Assembly: GCA_016748015.1 (NCBI GenBank)
Contig: JAAOMT010000299.1
Location: 781,090 to 845,089, forward strand
DNA length: 64,000 bases
Source: Geosiphon pyriformis uo1
Lineage: Eukaryota; Fungi; Glomeromycota
Reading direction: 5' to 3'
Below the pieces are notes generated by a model, which was not told the origin of the DNA, did not search any database, and was given only the letters and a program-made list of their open reading frames with translations. The translations under genes were made by a program, and so were the position numbers. Positions 13,841 through 24,010 of this stretch are shown here, in pieces; the first letter of the stretch is position 1, and the number at the start of each line of letters is the position of its first letter.

Positions 13841-16425
13841 TATAATCTTACAGAGAACCAGCACCAACAACAATTATCCAAAAGTGGCAGAATTAGAAAT
13901 CATAGGAGCAAACCATTTAGGATTTACCAAATTTTTGTTTCAATAGTACAGCTAACAGTTAAGATTAAACAATAACCATTTTCCAGCAGAATCAGCCTTC
14001 AACTTTTACATCAACAATAAAATCACAAACTGCTTAGGAGAAACAGTTAACATTGAATTTGCAAGAGAAAATTTCTATATAGAATTGTTTCAACATACCA
14101 GCTTACTAAGAAACTACAGTTTTGCACCAATTATTAGGAAAATCAATCAAACCATTAAAAGGTACACCCAACAACAATTCCCCATCACTTATGCAAACAA
14201 AGACAAAAAAAGATTGCAAACACCAGCAGTAACACCCAAAAAAATACAACTATTCACTTGGAAGAAAACCAGAGTTGAATCACCAACCAATCTATTATAC
14301 CATTATACACCAAGAAGTGCCATCAATATCTCCTCAGTAGAAACATCCACATTAAATGTGACATTAATCTTTAGATGATTTCCATTCTAAAGTAAACAAA
14401 AAAGAGCAGAGTTATTAGAACCATACAGCAAATATTTTGAAAGATTTAAATCGCAATCACCAACACCATCAGGATTTCAATTACCACTACTCCAACCAGA
14501 TTTCAGAATCACAAGTTCATGAAAAGTAATGAAATCAGAAGAAAAAGAAAGTAAAGATCAGGAATTTACTTACCAAAACCTGATTCTAGAAAATCCGGAA
14601 GTTAAAACTTTGAACATTCAAACCCAGCAAACTCAAAACAATCCAAACTCCAAAACAATTAATCAGCAAAACTTACCTCCAGTAATCATCATCAATTAGC
14701 CACCAATTGAACTGATTATTGAACTGATTCAACAGCAGCCACCTCAACAACCACAACAATCACTTTAATAGCTGCAACAACAACTTCAACCATCATTATT
14801 ACAACAACAACAACAAATAACATATGTACCAATTGCAAAGCTGGAAAAATTTTTTGATGAAAAGAATGACATTCAAGCATGAATCAATAATATCACCAAA
14901 GCCATTACTGCCAATAACTGAGATAACACCAGGACAATGTAAGTCATCCCATATTTTCTCAAGGATATTGCTAACTTATAATATTATAGCTTAGCCCAGA
15001 AACCCCAAAACTTTAATGTATTCAAATTAAAATTCCTAAAATACTTCAATGATAATAACAGCATCAACCATCTGGCAAGTACCTTCATTACTATAAAGCA
15101 AGGGGACACAGAAGTAGTCACTACTTACTTAGGATGCTTCCACAGAAACCTGTGCTAAATTTAAGTCATTAACACCAATTATTTTATGGTAGTGCAGATT
15201 CTGAATCAGTTTATTTGCAGATTATGCAGCAACATCCTACAACACGTATGCCCAATGCATCCAGTCACTCTGCAAGACACAGTTACACATGCCAGAGATT
15301 TCAATCAGCTGAGTTAAAGACCAATTATGCTCAAGCTGTAAATTTAATAATAAATAGATCATCTGATCTAGATTTCAAACTGAAGCACTTCAGCAATTCA
15401 ATTAATCAGAAAATCAAGGAATACTTAGCTAACAATAATCAGGCAATCTATCAACCTTCACAACAATGCAGTAATCAAAGAAACATGAACCGTTTTCAAA
15501 ATCAGCTGTGTCTATCCTTATCATCCAATCAGCTGTGGCAGCCAAAAATACATGCCTGCCACAACTGTGATAAACAAAGCCATATTTGAGCTAACTGCCA
15601 TTTTTATAATAACATACAATCAGAAAATCAATATAGAAACTCTGATCACAGATTTCAAACACCAAATTATTATGCAAATCAAGATCAATATCAACCCACT
15701 TATCTGTCAATGATGCAGCAGCCTATTTATCAATCTTTAGTTTATCAACTGCAGCCACAAGTAATATATCAACCACAGCCACCAATAATTTATCAATCTC
15801 AACAACTTTAAACACTGCCCCAAAACCCAACCCAGATGACATCAGAAAACCCTAGATTCAGAATCACCCAAAACTGAAGATTGGTGATAATAGTTCACCA
15901 ACTGATCCTCAGTTCATCAGATCACCTATCAGGATCACACCAACAGAGTTCAGGAGTTGAGTACATTCAAAACCCAAATTCTCAGAACTATTTAAGTCTC
16001 TTGATAATTCCAGAAGACACCCCATCCAACAATCAGGAAACCAATCACACTCTAACATCTACTAACAATATTCTACTAACTATTATTACTAAGAACAAAT
16101 TACTGGATGCCATCTTCTCATTTGAACTCAAGGAACCATCAGCCATGCCATTATTTAGTGGAGCCACTCTTGAAGAAAAACCTATTACTACTATGTACAC
16201 TAATGTCAAAGTGGATGGCCACTCCATTAAACTAATCTTAGACAATGAATCAGCTGGCAGCATCATCACAAGACAACTCATAGACCAATTAGGTTGCCAA
16301 GTTAATTGAGCTGCTAGTGCATGAATTATTACTGCTGATGGAGTGACAAAAACTCTAATCAGCAAGATTAATAACTTTCTTATAGAAGTTAATAGCATCA
16401 TCATGTTAATTAAGATATTAGTCAT

Positions 16426-17358
16426 TGTTACAGATGATTATTTAGGGTCTCAAAGCAAATAACAAATCTGTAACTTGGTGCTTAATTGGTATTCTGGATT
16501 TGATATCTAAAGGTTTGATTGTTCTAAAGATTTTGGTGTAGAGTTCTTTGTATAATGAACAGAGATTTAATAATTGTTTTCAGTAGTCTCTCAGAATTAC
16601 AATTCCATTGAATTTTTTTCTCAGCATAGTGGCCAGTAATCCTCCTAGTAAGCTATCCTCAAATCTATAAGTGTTCTACCCTTGTTTCATGAGTTTTTTA
16701 CCAGTCTTTATGACATCTGTAACTTAGCGCTTTAATTCTTAATCAACTTAGTAAAATCAAAAAATAACAAAAAGAAATAAAAAAAAATAAAAAAAAATAA
16801 AAAAATAAACAAAAGCAATTGCAAGTTAGTATCTCATCAATAGCTGTGATCAAGAGCTATTGTTCTAGTGTGGTTAAGTATCAATTACTATCAACATGAA
16901 GAGTTGATAATGGAGAGTGGATTGATATAGTAAATAATTATTTATTGATATTTGTGAATAGAAGGTTGCTTAGATTAAATTTAAACTGGGAGATCTCTAA
17001 CTAAAAGATTTTAATAATTATGACTTGTGAGTCTAATTAACTTTAAAAGTCCTACTGACTCCCAGTCTTTCTGACTAATTTTCTAACTTCTGATATTACT
17101 CCTATATATACATAAATGAGATTTCTCAATTCCTTAATTCTTTATACCAGGAATTCTGCAATTCTTGGAATTCTGTAATTCCTGTTGAGAAGAATTCTGG
17201 AATTCTGAAATTCTGCAATTCCTTTGTATGAGAATCCTGAGATTCCTGGAATCCTGCAATTCCTCTTGAGAGGAATCCTGGAATTCTACTTTTACTACGT
17301 TTATTCTGATTGGCTAATTTATGTATTAATATTTAATTCCTATATTCTATGAGTAACA
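16426..17358 (-). repeat. Solo LTR of the C/D LTR family, inserted in the protease of C
   Basis: TGTTACA...GTAACA with perfect TSD TCAT/TCAT; the host frame resumes VMEAT. Confidence 0.93.
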
Positions 17359-18739
17359 TCATGGAAGCCACTTAATACCAAGCACTCATTGGTAACAATT
17401 GGCTGCCCAAAACCAACACAACACTTGATTGGAACATGCAGGAGCTTCAACTTAGCCAGAATGGTTGACACACATGCATACCAGTCACATGTGATCATTT
17501 CAAGACCACCAACATGCCAGCACCACTTATTGAGTTCGAGGAAAAAGAGAAAAAACCTACTTAGGAAGCCTATCAAGTGTTATGAGCTGAAGATGATCAC
17601 AACAAGTTACTGCCAATACCCTCCTGGGATGACAACAGAAAAGGAAAACAAAAGGAAGAACTTATCTAGAATGCCAATCAAGTCTGAGGAACTGACAATA
17701 ACTCAAACAAATTATTAACTTGAGAGTGAGAAGAGACTAATAAGGGAAAGAGAAAAGAAAAGGAAGAAGAAACAACACCCACCAACACTACCACTTATAA
17801 TTCCTACACCTATACTACATCACAACAATCCGTTTATCACTGACCAAAGCTCATATGCATTGATTGTGGCAAAAAATTGTTGTTAATGAGTGCATGCTGT
17901 GATGCTGACAAGGAATACCACACAGCAACAAGATTCTACTGTCACCTGTACATTATAAAACATTTTAGACAACTGAAACAGTAAAAAAAATAAGACAACA
18001 AACCATGTCTTGCATGTGGAATCATTTTGTCTAACAAAGAAATATGGAATGACATTTCTGGGCATAGAAGAATGTATGATAAAACATGTTAGTATATAAT
18101 CCTAATTAATGACTGAGTATATAAGAAAACACTAATTGATAATACCTGAAAACAAGCATTGTAACAATTAAAAAAATATTTCCATGACAAACATGAAATA
18201 TGGAGAATAGTGAGTGCAAAAGTAGAAGACGCGACAACCAGTGAACTACTGGAAATCAAAAACAATTTCTTATCACTTCTGAAACCCAAATACATCTTAA
18301 CTTTTGACATTTTTGACAACATCAAAGACAATTTTGAGCAATTTCATGAGTACTACCAAAACTTAGCGCCAACCAAGGAAGAGCAAAAACAGTGTTTAGC
18401 CTAACTAAACACTTAACTATGTGACCATTGTTTGATTCCTTGTGACTTTTAATATTGTAATAAGTGTGACCTTATTTACAATCCACCACCACGCATGATC
18501 TACACAATTTTAGAGAAAAAAAACCAATCAGCAGCTGTGCATCAGAATTGGAATCAATTTCCAATTTCAATTTAAACTCTAACAATAATGATGATAAAAA
18601 CAATGGTTTCAGTTCTGCTCAAAATGGCAATAAAAATAACAATGATTCAGACTCTGATTCAAACCCCAAAACATTTATCACACTTTCTGACCTCACCAAG
18701 GAGCAGAAACTTAAATGATTCAGCAATAATGATAAAGGT

Positions 18740-19135
18740 ATTATATCAGAACACACACATAATACTGATGCCAGGTTTGATCTAAGATATTCAGAAAAAG
18801 ATGCCATCAAATTAGAACCACATTTGTGCATATGCATTGATCTCAAAATAGCACTGGAAATTCTAGCAACAACAATAGTTCAACTAGCATCTAGAAGTAG
18901 TTTAGTAAAAAAGAGAATCAACATCAGAGAAGGAATAATTGATGCAAAATATGTAGAAAACATCATTGCAATGCTACAGAATAACTCTGAAAAGGCTTAT
19001 ATCATAAAGCTAAACAAAAAGATAGCACAGACAATATTCCTACCTTTGGTGAAAATAGCTTAGTTAGTGTCAGTGAGAAACAGGGAAAAATTAGGGATTA
19101 TAGCTAAAAGGATACAGAGTTTCGGATCTATGAGT
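18740..19135 (+). pseudogene. Trimeric-type dUTPase domain of C
   Basis: All five motifs are recognisable: DARFDLRY (AGFDL), LASRSSL, EGIIDAKYVENI (GxIDxGYxG), KIAQ, KRIQSFGSMS (RGxxGFGSTG). Confidence 0.92.
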
Positions 19136-20926
19136 AGAATAGATATACCAGTTAATATGGCAGAAAAAGAAATTGTTGACAAGAGAGAAATTATCTTCAC
19201 CCATTAAACAATTTTCATTCCACCATATAATCAATACATGGTAACTATAAAGAGAAAAGTAAAGGATCAGGTTCAGATTTTTGAGACAAAAGTAACACTT
19301 TGTAAATCAAAAAAAATTGGATTAGTCAATCTACATATACCAGCCAAAAACTACAAACACATCAAAATTCCTATTTACAATAATATAGGAGATACCATTA
19401 AGATACTAAAAGGAACTATCATTGAATACTTAACCATTGAAATTGAAGACCAACTGCCAAACACCATTTCAGATTTTCTACAACTGTGTGGATATGTAGA
19501 TATTACATCACAAACAATATATGGATGAGAAAAATGTTATTTGCTCCAACCAGAACAATTGGAACAGATGAACTTAGGAAATCTAGACCTACTACAACAT
19601 ATGCAACTTAAGATACTACTCAACAACTTTAATGACATCTTTGCCAGTGAAAACAAATTTGGCAGAACTGACATCATTTAGTATCAGATCAAGACTGAAG
19701 ATACAATGTCAATTAAACAAAGAGCATACAAAGTACTACCAGCCAGCCATAAGATCATTTGTTAAGAAATCAATTGGATGCTTGACAATGGACTAATTTA
19801 ATCATCAATAAGCCTATAGTTATCACCAATAATATTAGTCCATAAGAAGAATAGAAAAATCTGCTTTTATGTGGATTACTGAAAACTGAATGGAGTAACA
19901 AAAGAAGACAGTTATCCAACTCCAAAGATCCAAGAACTTTTCAATGCTTTTGAAAGAAAAAAATGGTTCTTGACATTAAACTTAGACAGTAGTTACTGGC
20001 AAGTAGCTATAAAACCAAAAGATAAAGAGAAAACAGTATTCACAACATGAAAAAGAAATTTTGAATTCGAAGTTATGCTATTTGGCTTGATGAATGCTCC
20101 AGCCACTTTCCAGCAGTTCATAAAAATTGTTTATACTGGGCTACTATAGAAATCAGTAGTTGTATACTTGGATGACACTAATGTGTTTTCAAAAACATTT
20201 GATAATCATCTGCATCATCTCCAACAAGTATTTGAAAGATTCAAATAAGCAGGATTAAAATTAAATGCAAACAAATACTTCTTTGACAAAATGGAACTCA
20301 AGTTTTTGGAATATGTTGTAAGCAAAGATGGTATCAAAATGAATCCAGATAAGATTGAGGTTGTTAAGAACTTTCCAGTACCAAATAATCTTACAGAATT
20401 AAGAGCATTCTTGGGATTTGCTGGATACTACAGCCACTTTATTAAAGACTTTTCCAAAATAGCTCAACCACTATACCAACTTTAAACAAAGAACACCAAA
20501 TATGAATAGACAGAAACTCAGCAAAAAGCTTTTAATACATTAAGAAGAAAGCTTATTCAAGCCCCAGTATTAATCTATCCAAATTATAGCAAGCCATTCA
20601 TAATTACAACTAATGCATCTGGTCAAGCATTGAGAACAGTATTATCTCAGAAAGGACCAAACAGATGAGAACATCCAGTAGCTTATGCCAGTAGAAGCTT
20701 AAGTCCAGCTGAAAAGAACTATGAAACTCCAGCACTGGAACACTTAACTATCTATTGAGCTATCATCAAATAGAAAAAATACTTGAGTTAAAAGTTTGAT
20801 GTATATACTGATTATAAAGAATTGACTTCAATCCAGAAACAAAAATTTGGAGATAATTGCCATGCCAGATGGAAAATAGAACTTTTATTATTTAACTATA
20901 CAATACATTATAAAAAAGAAAAAGAA

Positions 20927-21073
20927 AACGAAAATGCTAATAGATTGTCACAAATAAGACAAATCTAAAAACATTTTAACCCAAAAATATAATAAAAAAC
21001 AACGGAAATGCTGATAGATTGTTACAAATAAGACAAATCTAAAAACATTTTAACCCAAAAATATAATAAAAAA
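20927..21073 (+). repeat. 74-bp direct tandem duplication at the RNase H/integrase boundary of C
   Basis: Unit AACGRAAATGCTRATAGATTG...CCCAAAAATATAATAAAAAA starts at 20927 and again at 21001; present once in B and E. Confidence 0.9.
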
Positions 21074-22448
21074 TGAATATACAAAAATACCAACAACTCC
21101 AATATTATATAAATACTCAATTGTTCAAAGAAAAATTATCTCAAAAGGAACAAAAAAACATAAAACAACAATCAAAATATTTTATCAACCATCAAAATAT
21201 ACTTTATCAGAAGAACAAAAGAAAGCCAGATTAACCAACCAGAGTAATCACAGAACCAGAAAAAAAACAATATTATTCAACATACACTCAGATCCAACAG
21301 CAGAATATTTTCATAAAGAAGCAATCATAAAAAGAATCAGGAAAAGATATTATTGGCCATCAATGTATCCAGACATTATACAATATGTTCAAAATTGTGA
21401 TGCTTATTAGAAAAGAGGAGAAACAAAATCCAGTGAACCATTAAGACCAATCAAAGTAGAACAACTATTCAATCATATTGGAATTGACTTAGTTGGACCA
21501 TTAACAATAATCAGTAGAGGCAACAAATATATCACAGTAGTCATGGATTATCTCACAAAATGGCCAGAAGCAAAAGCCATTCAAAGAACAGATGCAGAAT
21601 CTATTGTCAAATTCATTCATCAAGATTTGATCTGTTGACACAGATGTCTAAAAAAACTACTATTGGATCAAAGAACTCACTTTGTAAATAGAATATTGAC
21701 AAAATTAAGTCAAAAATTTGGAATAAAAAGACCATTATCATCACCATACCATTCACAAACAAATAGATTAGTTAAAAGATTCAACAGAACACTGTGTGAA
21801 GCAATAGCCAAGATCAGCCAAAAAAACCAGGACAAATGAGATTTGATTATACTATTAGTATTATTTGCTTATTAGACAATAAAGCAAGACACTACACAAG
21901 CAACACTATTTGAATTAGTATACAGTAGAACAGCAACATTACTAATTGAGATAGAAGTCAAAACATATCTAACAGAACCAATAACAAAAGAGAATTTTCA
22001 AAGAACATTGTTAAAAAAAACATATAACTTAATAGAAACATTGGAAAACAAACAAAGAAGAACAGCTGATAATATACAAAAGTCACAAGAGAAACAGAAA
22101 GAAAGACATGATAATCAACTATCAGACAAACCAATTGAATTCAAGATTGGAGACAAAGTACTCTTACATCGTACCAAAGTGGAAAAACAATGGAATGGAA
22201 AATTTGACCCCAAATGGGATGGACCATTTCACATAGAAGAAATTCTAAGAAATGGAGCTTACAAATTAAGACTGGACAACAAAATTTTAACCAAAGCAGC
22301 ATATGGTAATTGACTGAAACAATATTACCATATAGCATCATCATCTATCAGTAATATTTTACAATTAGGAGTACAGAGAATATTAGTCAAACCAAATAAA
22401 ATTCTATAAGATCTAAAACCAATTATAATCATTGAACCAAACACATAA
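21073..22448 (+). pseudogene. Integrase ORF of C (HHCC, DDE core, SH3-like C-terminal domain; no chromodomain)
   Basis: Starts MNIQKYQQL; IHSDPTA..YYWP..NCDA; IGIDLVGP; LLDQRTHF; LVKRFNRTL; FKIGDKVLL..KWDGPF..GAYKL. Confidence 0.92.
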
Positions 22449-22508
22449 AATCGAACAACCAAAAAAGCATATAAAGACATAATATATGTGACAAAAAACA
22501 ACAGAAAA

Positions 22509-23138
22509 ATGGAGATTACTAACAGCATTCATTCATTAGTACAACAACTTTTTCAACTGATCCAACAACAAGAAATGGAAATTACAATCAACCAACAAAC
22601 TATCAGATACACAAACACCAAAAAAGAACCACAAGATAAAATACAGAAAAAAACAGAAAACACTGTAAACAAAATAATTACAAAAGTGAAATTGGCAATA
22701 GAAACACAACCAAAAGTTACCCAATATCAAGAGTTGACTATAAAAACTTAGAATTGATGGATACAACAATTTCCAAAAAACTTTTGTTATTTTTATTTGA
22801 GACAATACTTGAACATTCAGGGCTTATATACAGATAAAACAAAATGATTATTTGACACAATAATACTGCAACAACTGGAACAATTTGTGAGAAAAAACAA
22901 TTTGACCACACAAGCAAGAATCATTTATTGGCTACACACTGGATTTCAAGATCGACCAGAAATCTTACTCAATCCAAAAATAAACTCTATTACCATTAAC
23001 CAAATGGGAAAAATAACCAATGCTCAATTTGAAGAATTACAGAACAAGATAGCATAAGTAATTTTTGAAAAAGAAGTTCAAAAAATACTCAAAGACAGAG
23101 AATTAGAATTAAGAGATCTTAATGAAGCTTAATATTAA
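22509..23138 (+). pseudogene. ORF3 of C, 209 codons, unknown function
   Basis: Single frame from ATG 22509 to TAA 23136-23138, with a few stops explicable by transitions; homologues in B, D, E and H. Confidence 0.8.
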
Positions 23139-23151
23139 AAGGAGAGAATAA

Positions 23152-24010
23152 TGTTGCTCATAAAATATAAGAAGTATATTAGTATATAAATTAGCCAATC
23201 AGAGGTAGTTATAGTAAATGTGGAATTCCAGAATTTTTCTCAAGAAGAATTGCAGAATTCCAGAAATTTCAGGATTCTTATACAAGGAATCATAGAATTC
23301 CAGAATTTCAGGATTCCTTTTAAAAAAAATTGCAGAATTTCAGAAATTCTAAGATTTCTGGTATAAAGAATTAAGGAATTGAGGAATCTCAATATGTATA
23401 TATAATGACAGTATTAGAAATAGAAAAGACAAATCTTTCAGTTTAGATTTTATTTAAGCAACTTTTCACATCACAAATATCAAATAAATAATTATTCATT
23501 ATCTCAAATCTACTTCCCACTATCAACTCTTCATGTTAATAGTAATTGATACTTAATCATACTGAAACAATAGCTCTTAATCATGGCTATTGATAAGATA
23601 CTAACTTTATTGTCTTGGCTTTATTTCTTTATTTTCTTTTATTTCTTTTATTTTCTTTTTTGTTATTTTTTTTTGTTGTGTACTAATTGATTAAAGGATT
23701 AAAGCACTGAGTTATTAACATCAAGAATTGTCTGGTAAAAAACCTTTGTAAGTAGATAAAGCATGTAAAAAAATTATGGATTACTTATCAGAGGAGTACT
23801 GGTCATCAAGCTGAAGAAAAAAATTGACAAAATTGCGATTCTGGGAAGCTATGGATAAACAACTATTGAATCTCTGTCTATTATACAAAGGACTCAACCA
23901 AAACCTTCAGATTACAATATCTTTAGATCACCATCATTGTAAATAGCTTCTGAGCACCAAGTTATGGGTTTTGTTATTTAATTTGAGACTCCAAATAATC
24001 ACCTGTAACA
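23152..24010 (+). repeat. 3' LTR of C
   Basis: Follows the PPT (23137-23148); ends TGTAACA. Confidence 0.95.

Larger units (their letters stand above)
13884..21042 (+). pseudogene. Gag-protease-Cys-rich-dUTPase-RT-RNase H polyprotein of C (many premature stops; split by solo LTR 16426-17358)
   Basis: Capsid-like region from ~14817 (YVPIAKLEKF); CCHC knuckle CHNCDKQSHIxANC 15557-15598; protease LILDNESAGSII ~16235; RT VYLDD at 20162-20176; RNase H IITTNASG and PVAYASRSL; ends NADRLLQIRQI*. Confidence 0.92.
12964..24010 (+). mobile_element. Element C: best-preserved full-length dUTPase-Gypsy element, inserted at the RT/RNase H junction of D
   Basis: LTRs 12964-13821 and 23152-24010, PBS TGGTGCTTTCTGTAAGA, PPT AAAAGGAGAGAA, TSD GTAT/ATGT (inferred ancestral GTGT, which restores host ...ALDTLR...). 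Confidence 0.95.

Noticed and set aside
13884-22448. Alternative genetic code (TAA/TGA read as sense) explaining the many stops
   Set aside because: Most stops differ between copies and map to CAA/TGG/CGA in sister elements; the intact gene has a 554-codon stop-free stretch in the standard code.
22140-22448. Chromodomain at the integrase C-terminus
   Set aside because: Only the GPF/SH3-like module and a short tail are present; no aromatic-cage chromodomain pattern.
22509-23138. ORF3 as an envelope gene
   Set aside because: Too short, and no signal peptide, furin site or transmembrane anchor is visible.
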